Numbered from the stretch's first letter, positions 9,104 through 20,547 are shown. The stretch is DNA of 52,172 nucleotides from Candidatus Omnitrophota bacterium (GCA_043813255.1 JBDRLG010000063.1:1-52172); one strand, 5' to 3'. Notes: generated by a model not told the origin, from the sequence alone. Numbers and translations are program-made.

Positions 9104-9364
9104 ATGTTTTGGCATGTAATCGGTTCAACAGCGGCATTCTTAACGATGTTTTCTTTTATTCCGCAGATTATTAAGATTAAAAATAGCAAGTCTGCGGGTG
9201 ATATCAGCTTAATTACAATAATTCAGCTTTCTACAGGGGTATTTCTGTGGTTAGTTTACGGCATATATCTTAAAAATTTTATTATCATAACAGCTAACAG
9301 CGTTACTTTGGTTACGTTAATAATAATAGTATTTTTTTATTTTAAGTATAGAAGGCAAAACTAA
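9104..9364 (+). CDS. SemiSWEET (PQ-loop) sugar transporter
   Basis: 86 aa with three hydrophobic segments; FIPQIIK PQ motif, DISL, LWLVYG, IIITAN. Confidence 0.9.
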   Translation: MFWHVIGSTAAFLTMFSFIPQIIKIKNSKSAGDISLITIIQLSTGVFLWLVYGIYLKNFIIITANSVTLVTLIIIVFFYFKYRRQN

Positions 9365-9381
9365 AATGGGCATATAAAAAC

Positions 9382-11703
9382 ATGAAAAAGAAAAAAGCGC
9401 TTATTACAGGGATCACCGGACAGGATGGCTCATATTTAGCAGAATTGCTTCTTTCAAAAGGATATGAAGTGCATGGTATTATAAGGCGGGCAAGCACGTT
9501 TAATACAGGGAGAATTAATCATATTTATATGGATCCGCATTCTAAAGGGGCCAAGTTATTCTTGCATTATGGCGATATTTCTGATGCCGAACAAATTAAT
9601 AATATTGTATTTAATATAAAGCCGGATGAAATTTACCATTTGGCAGCTCAGAGCCATGTACGGGTTAGTTTTGATATCCCCGAATACACGGGAAATATTA
9701 CTGCTTTAGGCACAACACGTATTTTAGAGGCAATCCGCCGCAGCGGCAGGAAAATTAAGTTTTATCAGGCTTCATCCAGTGAACTTTTTGGTTCAGCGCT
9801 TCCTCCGCAGTCAGAAACTACTCAATTCCAGCCGCAAAGCCCTTATGCCTGCGCCAAGCTTTATTCATATTGGCTTACAAAAAATTACCGCGATGGGTAT
9901 GGTATATTCGCCTCAAACGGAGTGCTTTTCAATCACGAAACAGTGGTTTCATTTATGCCAATGTTTTGTAAAAAAATAGGGGAAGAGTGTTTTGATATTA
10001 AGCCGCTTGCTGAAATTGTTCCTTTTGACGAATCCATAAAGCAATATCAGTCGCGCGAGGTCTCTGGTATTTTTGTGTGGGGAAAAGGCGGGTGGGTTGA
10101 CGTAAAATATGCTTCGGCATATCCTCATGATGTTAAGAAAAATAATAAGAACCCAAAATTTATAAATTCGCGTTCTGGAGCATTTATGGCTACATCGAGC
10201 CATGTTGGATTTATGTGCGGCAATATTGAAAAAGAAGTGGGGAATATGGCTATAGGTGATTGTTTGGAAACTATTGATTTGCCTGAAAGTAATGCGGATT
10301 CTTTTATTATGCCGCTGGTTACCGAAAAAGAAGCGGAACTTTTGGGTATGATGGTAGGCGATGGGACGTTTACTTGTGAAAAAAAAGGGATTGGCATACA
10401 TGGAAAATTCACTAATTCATCTCCTCAAATAAGAAAACGTTTTGATTATTTGTGGTCGGTAGTTACAGGAGGATATACGAAATATTATCCAACACGATCG
10501 GGGTTTAATCCGGATAAGATAGTTGGACAGCTTCGCCTTAATGGATTTAATGAATGGCTAAGAAATATAGATATTTATAATAAAGACAGGACTAAACGTG
10601 TCCCAAAAAGAATCCTTAATTCACAACTGCCTGTAATGCTTGCTTTTCTGCGAGGATATAATGCAACAGATGGCCTAAAAAGTAATCTATGTATATATGA
10701 GTTCAAAAATTTCAAGACCAATTCGGCAACCTTAGCTATGGGATTATGGTATCTTATTGAAAAAACCACAAAACAGAGTATTAATTTAACTGTTGAAACC
10801 AAAGAAGACGGCCGAATTTTTTATTCGTTGAATTTATTATCTACTGTGGATAATGTTTCAAAAGAATATACGGTAAAGGAATTGGTGTTGGAAGGGGCAT
10901 CTCAGCGGGAAATGTCCCGCTTGACGGGTATTTCAAGAACTTTTATACGAAAAATTCAATGCGGTGGCTTTGCTTGTCCGGAACATCATCTTCACAAGAA
11001 CCCTCTTGAAATAAAAAAGATTATTGAGATGCCAAATTATCAGGGATGGTTTTATGATTTAGAGACAACTTCCGGAGAATTCCATTGTGGTATTGGAAAA
11101 ATTCATGTGCATAATTCTCCAAGGCGTGGAGAAACATTTGTCAGCAGAAAGATTACTCGTGCAGTGGCTGATATTATAGTTGGTAAGCAGGATAAGCTTT
11201 ATCTGGGGAATCTTGAGGCTAAGAGGGATTGGGGTTTTGCTCCGGAATACGCACAGATGATGTGGCTGATGTTGCAGCAGGACAAGCCTGATGATTATGT
11301 CATAGGCACAGGAGAAAGCCATTCAGTAAAAGAATTTGTTGAACAATCTTTTAAATACGCGGGGATAACATTAGTTTGGGAAGGCAGAGGGGTAAAAGAA
11401 AAAGGCTTTATAAAACATTTAGACAAACAGGTAACGAAGATAAATAAAAGATTAGCAATAGGTAATGCGTTAATTGTAATAGACCCGCGATATTTCCGTC
11501 CTAACGAAGTAAATCATTTACGCGCGGATATATCAAAAGCAAAACAGTATCTTAAGTGGCAGCCGAAGATTAATTTTAATACTCTCGTTCAAATTATGGT
11601 TGATTATGATTTAAAGTCTGCAGGGATTATACCGTCAGGCAAGGGAATACAATATTGTAAAGACGCGGGGTTAGACTATACAAATCATGAGTATAGTAAA
11701 TAG
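9382..11703 (+). CDS. gmd: GDP-mannose 4,6-dehydratase, intein-containing precursor
   Basis: [44 protein letters not shown] / [18 protein letters not shown]. Removing residues 187-578 leaves a normal-sized 381-aa Gmd. Confidence 0.97.
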   Translation: MKKKKALITGITGQDGSYLAELLLSKGYEVHGIIRRASTFNTGRINHIYMDPHSKGAKLFLHYGDISDAEQINNIVFNIKPDEIYHLAAQSHVRVSFDIPEYTGNITALGTTRILEAIRRSGRKIKFYQASSSELFGSALPPQSETTQFQPQSPYACAKLYSYWLTKNYRDGYGIFASNGVLFNHETVVSFMPMFCKKIGEECFDIKPLAEIVPFDESIKQYQSREVSGIFVWGKGGWVDVKYASAYPHDVKKNNKNPKFINSRSGAFMATSSHVGFMCGNIEKEVGNMAIGDCLETIDLPESNADSFIMPLVTEKEAELLGMMVGDGTFTCEKKGIGIHGKFTNSSPQIRKRFDYLWSVVTGGYTKYYPTRSGFNPDKIVGQLRLNGFNEWLRNIDIYNKDRTKRVPKRILNSQLPVMLAFLRGYNATDGLKSNLCIYEFKNFKTNSATLAMGLWYLIEKTTKQSINLTVETKEDGRIFYSLNLLSTVDNVSKEYTVKELVLEGASQREMSRLTGISRTFIRKIQCGGFACPEHHLHKNPLEIKKIIEMPNYQGWFYDLETTSGEFHCGIGKIHVHNSPRRGETFVSRKITRAVADIIVGKQDKLYLGNLEAKRDWGFAPEYAQMMWLMLQQDKPDDYVIGTGESHSVKEFVEQSFKYAGITLVWEGRGVKEKGFIKHLDKQVTKINKRLAIGNALIVIDPRYFRPNEVNHLRADISKAKQYLKWQPKINFNTLVQIMVDYDLKSAGIIPSGKGIQYCKDAGLDYTNHEYSK
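9940..11115 (+). mobile_element. Intein with LAGLIDADG homing endonuclease (392 aa)
   Basis: Interrupts NHE|SP. Block B TSSH; LAGLIDADG blocks LLGMMVGDG and [10 protein letters not shown]; block F FYDLET; ends HVHN followed by Ser+1. Confidence 0.95.
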
Positions 11704-11716
11704 CTTCTAATTATAA

Positions 11717-13820
<2,104 letters not shown>

Positions 13821-13883
13821 GCGCACGGATAGATTTTGTAATCAGCCAGTTATTGGGCATAGGTGTAAACTTAAGCTAATTCT

Positions 13884-13947
13884 GGTAGTCGCAGGCTTTA
13901 GCCTGCGTAGTAAAACGCAAGCTAAAGCTTGCGGCTACCATAAATTT
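13884..13947. repeat. GTAG-type REP doublet, copy 2
   Basis: ggtagtcgcaggctttagcctgcg-tagtaaaa-cgcaagctaaagcttgcggctacc. Same orientation as copy 1. Confidence 0.9.
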
Positions 13948-13975
13948 CCTCCGTGTGATTTTTTACGACTAATAC

Positions 13976-14004
13976 TTGACAAGTGGAGTATTTTGAAATA
14001 TTAT
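13976..14004 (+). promoter_or_regulatory. Sigma70-type promoter
   Basis: TTGACA (13976-13981), 17-bp spacer, TATTAT (13999-14004). Confidence 0.75.
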
Positions 14005-14023
14005 ATGTTCATATATTGAACAT
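14005..14023. promoter_or_regulatory. Palindromic operator ATGTTCA-N5-TGAACAT
   Basis: Perfect 7-bp inverted repeat immediately after the -10 box and upstream of a wHTH regulator gene. Confidence 0.7.
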
Positions 14024-14041
14024 CATAAAAAAAGGAATTTT

Positions 14042-14581
14042 ATGCTTAATGAAAGAGATTTTGAGCTTGTTAATATTATTGGTTCAGAAATTGCCTCTAA
14101 CCAGCGTGATTTATCCCATCATATGAATCTTTCCTTAGGCATGACCAACATACTTATCCGGCGGCTTATCGCTAAAGGGTATATCCGCATCCGTCAGTTA
14201 AATCAAAAAAAATTTAAGTATATCCTGACCGCTAAAGGGTTTAAAGAGAAAATGCAGAAGTCAATTAAGTATACCGTAAAGACAATTAACTCAATCGGCC
14301 TGATTAAAGAACATTTTAAGATTTTGTTTAAAGAGATATACGCGAAAGGCGAACGGAAGTTTTTTATCCTTGGCGGCTCTGATTTGGCTTCTTTAGTTGA
14401 AATGGAACTGCGAGAATTTTGTTTTAAAGATTGTTCTGTCGAGCGGATTAAAGATTTGCCATGCCATGCGATAGATGGGACTATACTTATTTGCCAGGAG
14501 AATGTTTATAATAAAATTGCCGCTAAAAATAAGGTTGATTTAATTCATGAATTAGCAAAGGGGTTATTTTTAAAAAACTAA
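14042..14581 (+). CDS. MarR-type winged-helix regulator, EPS-locus associated
   Basis: NQRDLSHHMNLSLGMTNILIRRLIAKGYI...YILTAKG, plus a C-terminal alpha/beta extension (FFILGG). Confidence 0.88.
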   Translation: MLNERDFELVNIIGSEIASNQRDLSHHMNLSLGMTNILIRRLIAKGYIRIRQLNQKKFKYILTAKGFKEKMQKSIKYTVKTINSIGLIKEHFKILFKEIYAKGERKFFILGGSDLASLVEMELREFCFKDCSVERIKDLPCHAIDGTILICQENVYNKIAAKNKVDLIHELAKGLFLKN

Positions 14582-14587
14582 ATTATT

Positions 14588-15619
14588 ATGCTTAACAACA
14601 AAACTATTTTGATAACCGGCGGGACAGGGTCATTTGGCAAAAAAATGCTCCAGATTGTGATTGCGCGGTATAAGCCGAAACGGCTTATTATTTTCAGCCG
14701 CGATGAGCTGAAACAATTTGAGATGGCCCAGAAGTGGAGCCCGCATAAATATCCATTTATTCAGTATGTTTTAGGGGATGTGCGCGATAAAGACCGGTTG
14801 ATCAGCGTGTTTAAAGGTGTTGATTATATTATTCACGCGGCCGCCTTAAAACAAGTTCCGGCCGCGGAACGTAACCCTGAAGAATATATTAAAACCAATG
14901 TTTTAGGAGCTATGAATATTATTGACGCGGCAATCCATTGCAAAGTTAAGAATGTTGTGGCTTTGTCTACTGATAAGGCTTGTAATCCGATTAATCTGTA
15001 TGGTGCGACTAAGTTGTGTTCTGATAAGTTGTTTACAGCCGCTGGTTTTTCGGCGGAGGGAAATGAAACGCGCTTCGCGGTTGTACGTTATGGCAATGTT
15101 TTGGGCAGCCGCGGTTCGGTTATTCCGTTTTTTAAAGAGCGTTTAAAGACAGGCGTTTTACCTATTACAGATGAGCAGATGACGCGTTTTTGGATAATGC
15201 TTGATCAGGCGGCTTATTTTGTTTTGGAATCGTTAAAGCGGATGAAAGGCGGCGAGATATTTGTACCGCGCATTCCGTCTATGAAGATTATTGATCTTGC
15301 TAAGGCTGTTGGGCCTAAATGCAAGCTTGAGGTTGTCGGTATCCGCCCGGGAGAAAAAATTCACGAAACCCTTATTAGCGAAGATGAAGCGCGCAACGCA
15401 GTAATGTTCAAAGACTGTTTTGTAGTCCAGTCCGATGCCTGCCTGCGCACTGAATTGACTAAAGATAAAGGCCAGTTGTGCCTTGAGGGATTTAGGTATA
15501 CTTCCGGAGATAACGATGTCTGGCTTTCCGTGCAGGAGCTTAAAAAATTAGTAGAGCAGATATCTGACGACTATGCTATTGAAGATTCCCGCTGGTCAAT
15601 GGATGATTTGCCGGAGTAA
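14588..15619 (+). CDS. pseB: UDP-N-acetylglucosamine 4,6-dehydratase (inverting, PseB/FlaA1 type)
   Basis: TGGTGSFG, SRDELKQ, HAAALKQVP, ALSTDKA, NLYGATK, RYGNVLGSRGSVIP, MTRFW, GIRPGEKIHE. Confidence 0.88.
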   Translation: MLNNKTILITGGTGSFGKKMLQIVIARYKPKRLIIFSRDELKQFEMAQKWSPHKYPFIQYVLGDVRDKDRLISVFKGVDYIIHAAALKQVPAAERNPEEYIKTNVLGAMNIIDAAIHCKVKNVVALSTDKACNPINLYGATKLCSDKLFTAAGFSAEGNETRFAVVRYGNVLGSRGSVIPFFKERLKTGVLPITDEQMTRFWIMLDQAAYFVLESLKRMKGGEIFVPRIPSMKIIDLAKAVGPKCKLEVVGIRPGEKIHETLISEDEARNAVMFKDCFVVQSDACLRTELTKDKGQLCLEGFRYTSGDNDVWLSVQELKKLVEQISDDYAIEDSRWSMDDLPE

Positions 15620-15647
15620 AGATGAGAAATACGCTTGGCAGCCGCTT

Positions 15648-16613
15648 ATGAAAAAATCCCAGTTATTTGATCGCAAGGTATTAAAATTAAAATCCTTATC
15701 GTTTAGAAAGAATGATTTAGATATTTCAATAATTACGCCGCTGGATTTTAACTTAAACTTTAAGCCAATCGGCGGCCTGAATGAAATTAGCAGGCGGATA
15801 ATCAGGGCCAAAAAGAAGAAAGCTTCTGTCATATGGATGATAGGAGGGCACGTTATCAGGTCCGGGGTTCAGCGATATATCATAGATTTGATGGAGAGAG
15901 GATATATTTCCTGTTTGGCTATGAATGGAGCGGGGGTCATCCATGATTATGAATTAGCCCTTATTGGAGCGACTACTGAGAGTGTAGCTAAATATATCAA
16001 AAAAGGCCAATTTGGGTTATGGAAAGAAACGGGAGAGATTAATAACATAATAAATAGAAGTTATAAACAAGGGCTTGGTATGGGCCAGGGAGTCGGTAAA
16101 GCTATTTACGAGGGTAAATTTCCTTATAAAGAATTTAGTTTACTATCAGCTGGTTATCGTTTAAAGGTTCCGGTAACGGTACACGTCGGCATAGGTTACG
16201 ATATTATCCATGAGCATCCTAATTGCGATGGCGCGGCAACCGGAGCAGCTTCTTACCATGATTTTCTTTTGTTTGCTAAAATCGTGGAAAATCTTGAAAA
16301 AGGGGTTGTAATGAATTTTGGCAGCGCCGTGATGGCTCCTGAAGTTTTCTTGAAAGCTTTGAGTATGGCAAGAAATGCCGCTCATCAAAAAAGAAAAAAA
16401 ATTAAGCATTTTTCTTCAGTTGTCTGCGATCTTTATAATTTACCAGCTAATTTTAATAAAGAACCGGATAAACATAATCCGGCTTATTATTTCAGGCCGT
16501 GGAAAACAATGCTTATCAGGACCATTGCTGACGGAGGACGCGCTTTTTACATAAAAGGCCGCCACGTTGACATTATTCCGGCGCTTTGGGAAAAGATTAA
16601 TGAAAATTCTTGA
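15648..16613 (+). CDS. Uncharacterised protein with deoxyhypusine-synthase-like features
   Basis: GGHVI, AMNGAGVIHDYELA, GQFG, PVTVHVGIGYDIIH, NFGSAVMAPEVFLKAL. Start moved to ATG 15648. Fold call is tentative. Confidence 0.6.
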   Translation: MKKSQLFDRKVLKLKSLSFRKNDLDISIITPLDFNLNFKPIGGLNEISRRIIRAKKKKASVIWMIGGHVIRSGVQRYIIDLMERGYISCLAMNGAGVIHDYELALIGATTESVAKYIKKGQFGLWKETGEINNIINRSYKQGLGMGQGVGKAIYEGKFPYKEFSLLSAGYRLKVPVTVHVGIGYDIIHEHPNCDGAATGAASYHDFLLFAKIVENLEKGVVMNFGSAVMAPEVFLKALSMARNAAHQKRKKIKHFSSVVCDLYNLPANFNKEPDKHNPAYYFRPWKTMLIRTIADGGRAFYIKGRHVDIIPALWEKINENS

Positions 16614-17073
16614 GATTGATAGTTTGGCAGATAAAATTAAAAGCCTGAAGGCTTCCGGAAAGAAGGTCGTCCTTTGCCATGGTTGTTTTGACCTAATGCA
16701 CCCCGGCCACATTAAATATTTTCAAGCCGCTAAGAAAATGGGGGATATCCTTGTGGTAACGGTTACTCCGGATATTTATGTTGATAAAGGGCAGGGAAGG
16801 CCGGTATTTAACCAACAATTACGAGCTGAATCAATCGCCGCCCTTGAATGCGTTGATTATGTAGCGCTAAATAAATGGCCTACGGCAGAAGATACTCTTA
16901 GATTATTAATGCCCTGTATATATGTTAAGGGGCAGGAATTTGAAGGGCTTAAAGATAAAACAGGGAAACTGCAGAAAGAATTAAAAGTTATTCAGGAGAT
17001 CGGTGCTGAAATCAAGTTTACGCATGAGGTAGTATTTTCTTCAACCGATTTAATTAATAATAATCTCAAGTAA
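16600..17073 (+). CDS. Standalone sugar-phosphate nucleotidyltransferase (HldE/RfaE domain II-like)
   Basis: HGCFDLMHPGH (HxGH), KGQGRP, VDYV, YVKG, FSST. Confidence 0.9.
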   Translation: MKILEIDSLADKIKSLKASGKKVVLCHGCFDLMHPGHIKYFQAAKKMGDILVVTVTPDIYVDKGQGRPVFNQQLRAESIAALECVDYVALNKWPTAEDTLRLLMPCIYVKGQEFEGLKDKTGKLQKELKVIQEIGAEIKFTHEVVFSSTDLINNNLK

Positions 17074-17212
17074 AATCCGTAAGGATTTTGCGCAGACTCC
17101 GATTCTTATGAATTGGAGTAAACCCTGTTACACCTCGCCCTGAAGGGCTGGGATTCATTCCCAGTCTCAAGACTGGGGCTTTCTTGGTGTAATAGGGTAA
17201 ATATAATTTACC
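17072..17212. other. Multi-hairpin intergenic element
   Basis: Hairpins at 17072-17089 and 17096-17119. A 13-bp stem (17122-17134 with 17186-17198) encloses hairpins 17137-17148 and 17160-17177. A further hairpin lies at 17196-17212. Confidence 0.7.
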
Positions 17213-17225
17213 ATAAAAAATAAAA

Positions 17226-18758
17226 ATGAAAAACCTGCCCAAAAGAAAAATATTATTGTTTGATGATTTAATTAAAAAAGTCATAGCGCTGCAGGCTTCC
17301 GGAAAAGTTGTGGTTCAGAGCCACGGAATTTTTGACTTAATTCATCCCGGAGTAATCAAGCATCTTAAATCAGCTAAAGAGCAGGGAGATATACTGATAG
17401 CTACTGTTATCACAGATAAAGATGTGCGTAAGGGCCCAGGCAGGCCGATTTTCCCCGGAAATTTAAGGGCGGAGAATGTAGCGAGCCTTTCAATGATTGA
17501 TTATGTTTGCGTGGTAAGCGATGAGAGGCCTTTTGAATGCGTAAAGAGAATAAAGCCGGATATTTTTGCCAAGGGTAAATCAATAAAGGACTATGCCCAT
17601 GAAATTAACGATAAGATATTTGAAGAAAAAAAAGAGCTTTATTTTGGTAAGGTGAGGGTTCATGAAACCGACGGGTTTTCTTTAAGCTCATCGGAAATAA
17701 TCAATAATTTCCTCGATATTTATCCCGAAGAGGTTAAAAACTTTCTGAAACGCTTCTCCAAAAAATACAGTTTTAAGAAGATTAGTGAAAACATAAATAG
17801 TTTAAAGAAATTAAAGATTCTGCTTATCGGTGATGGGATAATTGATGAGTATCATTATTGCGAGGCAATGGGCAAATCGGCTAAGGCGCCCTTAGTTGTC
17901 AATAAATACATAACTCATGAAGTCTTTGCTGGAGGCGCTTTTGCCATTGCGAACCACCTGGCAGGATTATCAAGCGGCATCCACTTAGTTTCTTTATTGG
18001 GAAACGAGCCCGTAAGGGAGGATTTTATCCGCTCCAACTTAAAACCTAATGTAACTACGAAGTTTTTTTACCGCAAAGACGGCTGTACAGTTGTAAAAAA
18101 GAGGTATATCAACCAGTACCAGAATCAGAAACTTTTTGAAGTTAATTACTTGGGCGAATCCTGTATTAATGGTGATCTTGAATCGGAGATAATCGAATAC
18201 TTGAAAGGCGCGGCAAAATCTTATGATTTAATTTTGATTTCCGACTTTGGGCATGGGTTTATTACTAATAAGATAATCGCGGCAATTCAGGATTCCGGGG
18301 TAAAATTCGCGGTGAATACCCAGACAAATGCCGCTAATGCCGGATATAACATGATTACCAAATATCGTAAGCCGCTTTATGTTTGCATAGATGAACCCGA
18401 GTTAAGATGGGCAGCGCAGGAGAGATTTGCCGATATTGAATCTGTGGCTAAGAAAATCATAAAAACCATCCATGCGGCTAATCTTATTGTAACCCTAGGC
18501 AAAAAAGGTTCATACGGAATAAATAATAGGGGACAGACAAATCATACTTCGATTTTTTCTTCAAAAGTTATAGACACTGTAGGCGCGGGAGACGCGTTTT
18601 TTGCTTTTACCGCGCCCTGCATCGCCCGAAAGATGCCCTTGGAGTTAGTTTCTTTTATAGGAAATGCCGTGGGCGCCTTGGCGGTCCAGATAGTTTGCAA
18701 TAAAAGGCCGATTGAGAAATACGAGTTGTTTGAGTTCATCCACGCGCTCTTAAAATAG
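17226..18758 (+). CDS. Bifunctional nucleotidyltransferase-like domain + PfkB sugar kinase (HldE-related, reversed domain order)
   Basis: N-terminal HGIFDLIHPGV and KGPGRP. C-terminal IGDGIIDEY, SDFGHG, VTLGKKG, DTVGAGDAF. Confidence 0.9.
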   Translation: MKNLPKRKILLFDDLIKKVIALQASGKVVVQSHGIFDLIHPGVIKHLKSAKEQGDILIATVITDKDVRKGPGRPIFPGNLRAENVASLSMIDYVCVVSDERPFECVKRIKPDIFAKGKSIKDYAHEINDKIFEEKKELYFGKVRVHETDGFSLSSSEIINNFLDIYPEEVKNFLKRFSKKYSFKKISENINSLKKLKILLIGDGIIDEYHYCEAMGKSAKAPLVVNKYITHEVFAGGAFAIANHLAGLSSGIHLVSLLGNEPVREDFIRSNLKPNVTTKFFYRKDGCTVVKKRYINQYQNQKLFEVNYLGESCINGDLESEIIEYLKGAAKSYDLILISDFGHGFITNKIIAAIQDSGVKFAVNTQTNAANAGYNMITKYRKPLYVCIDEPELRWAAQERFADIESVAKKIIKTIHAANLIVTLGKKGSYGINNRGQTNHTSIFSSKVIDTVGAGDAFFAFTAPCIARKMPLELVSFIGNAVGALAVQIVCNKRPIEKYELFEFIHALLK

Positions 18759-18785
18759 TTTTTGCTGAAAAAGCCGGCAGAAACT

Positions 18786-18820
18786 TGATTACACAGATTA
18801 CAGAAATGATTACACGGATT
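18786..18820. repeat. Short GATTACAC(A/G)GATT repeats
   Basis: tgattacacagattacagaaatgattacacggatt in the intergenic gap. Confidence 0.55.
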
Positions 18821-18880
18821 TTATCCGACGAGATTTAATCCAAATTGGTGTCAGTATTAACTAAAATAATAGGACTGAAG

Positions 18881-19450
18881 ATGAAAAATAAAATAAAAAA
18901 CTATCACAAAAAATTCATTGATTTAATCAATTCAATTGAGGTTACAGATAAGTCTGGTAAAATCATGGATTTTTATCAAGGGATTGAATTGGTTTGTTTG
19001 GCCATTAGAAAACAATCCGGATTAGGAGGGAAAGTTTTCTTTATCGGAAACGGAGGGAGCGCGGCTATTGCCAGCCATATGGCGATTGATTTTTGGAAAA
19101 ACATAGGGATTGAGGCGTTTTCTTTTAGCGACAGTTCTCTTTTAACTTGTGTCAGTAATGATTTTGGCTATGACTATGTTTTTGCCAAGCCGATTGAATT
19201 TTTTGCCTGTAAAAAAGATATATTGATTAGTATTAGCAGTTCCGGAAAATCCAAAAATATACTTAAGGCAGTAGCCGCGGCTAAGGTAAAAGGAGCCAGT
19301 GTCATAACCTTATCCGGTTTTAGCAGAAATAATCCATTAAGGTTTAAAGGTACTTGTAATTTCTATGTTCCGGCAAGCGAATACGGGCTTGTAGAAGTAG
19401 GGCATCAATACATTTGTCATTATATTGCCGATATCTTAATGCAGAAATAA
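18881..19450 (+). CDS. SIS-domain phosphosugar isomerase, GmhA-like
   Basis: IGNGGSAAIASH, SNDFGY, ISSSGKSKNI, YGLVEVGH. Start at ATG 18881 behind AGGA. Confidence 0.88.
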   Translation: MKNKIKNYHKKFIDLINSIEVTDKSGKIMDFYQGIELVCLAIRKQSGLGGKVFFIGNGGSAAIASHMAIDFWKNIGIEAFSFSDSSLLTCVSNDFGYDYVFAKPIEFFACKKDILISISSSGKSKNILKAVAAAKVKGASVITLSGFSRNNPLRFKGTCNFYVPASEYGLVEVGHQYICHYIADILMQK

Positions 19451-19452
19451 AA

Positions 19453-20520
19453 ATGGATAAATTTAAAATAGACAGCCATAAGTTAATGTATCATCCTGAG
19501 CGGATCAGCGATTGGTTAAACAAAAAATTGATTTATCCAATTTATTTGGAAGTTTCTCCGGCGGGCTCTTGTAATCACCGTTGTGTTTACTGCGCTTTGG
19601 ACTTTATGGAATATCAGCCGCGGTTTATAGATACGGGTATTTTTAAGCAAAGATTAAAGGAAATGGGCAGGCTTGGAGTAAAAAGTATTATGTATGCCGG
19701 AGAAGGAGAACCTTTCCTGCATAAAGATATCGCGGATATAATTTCTACTACTAAAAAATCAGGTATTGATGCCGCGGTGACAACTAATGGAGTGCTTTTT
19801 AACCAGAATTTAGCTAAAGAAACATTAGCGCATACTTCATGGATTAAGGTAAGTATTAATGCCGCTAAGAATGAAACTTACGCCAAAATTCACCGCACAA
19901 GGCCGGAAGATATGGATAGGGTTATGGAGAATATGGCTTATGCCGCTAAATTACGCAAAAATAAAAGATACGGCTGTGTTCTTGGCATGCAGATAATTCT
20001 CTTGCCGGATAATTTCAATGAGATAGAATTATTAGCCAAGAAGGCTGAATCTATCGGAATGGATTATTTAGTTGTAAAGCCTTATTCTCAGCATCCCCTA
20101 AGCAAAACAAATAAATTCAAGGATATTAAGTACAACAGGTATCTTGATTTAGCTTCAAATCTTAAAAAATTCAATACTAAAAATTTTAATGTTGTGTTCC
20201 GAATACGCGCAATGCAAAAATGGGATGAGGCCCATCGTGATTATAAACATTGTCTGGCGCTTCCTTTTTGGGCGTATATTGATGCCGGAGGCAATGTTTG
20301 GGCATGTAGTATTTATTTATCTAAAGATAAATTTTGCCTTGGGAATATTTATAAAAATAATTTTAAACATATTTGGGTAAGCAGGAAACGCGATGCGCTT
20401 GTGTGTTGGGCGGCGCGGAATTTAAATACAGATAAATGCAGAGTAAATTGCAGGATGGATGAAATAAACAGGTATCTTTGGGAATTAAGCCATCCTTCAG
20501 GACACGTGAATTTTATTTAA
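19453..20520 (+). CDS. Radical SAM protein with SPASM/twitch-like C-terminus
   Basis: CNHRCVYC, GEGEP, TTNG; C-terminal C...GNVWAC...LGN...CRVNC. Confidence 0.9.
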   Translation: MDKFKIDSHKLMYHPERISDWLNKKLIYPIYLEVSPAGSCNHRCVYCALDFMEYQPRFIDTGIFKQRLKEMGRLGVKSIMYAGEGEPFLHKDIADIISTTKKSGIDAAVTTNGVLFNQNLAKETLAHTSWIKVSINAAKNETYAKIHRTRPEDMDRVMENMAYAAKLRKNKRYGCVLGMQIILLPDNFNEIELLAKKAESIGMDYLVVKPYSQHPLSKTNKFKDIKYNRYLDLASNLKKFNTKNFNVVFRIRAMQKWDEAHRDYKHCLALPFWAYIDAGGNVWACSIYLSKDKFCLGNIYKNNFKHIWVSRKRDALVCWAARNLNTDKCRVNCRMDEINRYLWELSHPSGHVNFI

Positions 20521-20547
20521 TATTATAGAAAATTATATTTTACTCCG

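Noticed and set aside
13822-13957. Outer inverted repeat (CACGGA...TCCGTG) around REP copy 2
   Set aside because: Only about 11/16 matches, too weak to call another nested element.
17120-17200. tRNA or known riboswitch
   Set aside because: Only two inner arms, no T-loop or D-loop consensus, and no riboswitch motif I recognise. Kept only as an unclassified structured element.
17066-17284. 72-aa minus-strand ORF
   Set aside because: It spans the hairpin element and overlaps both flanking genes in antisense.
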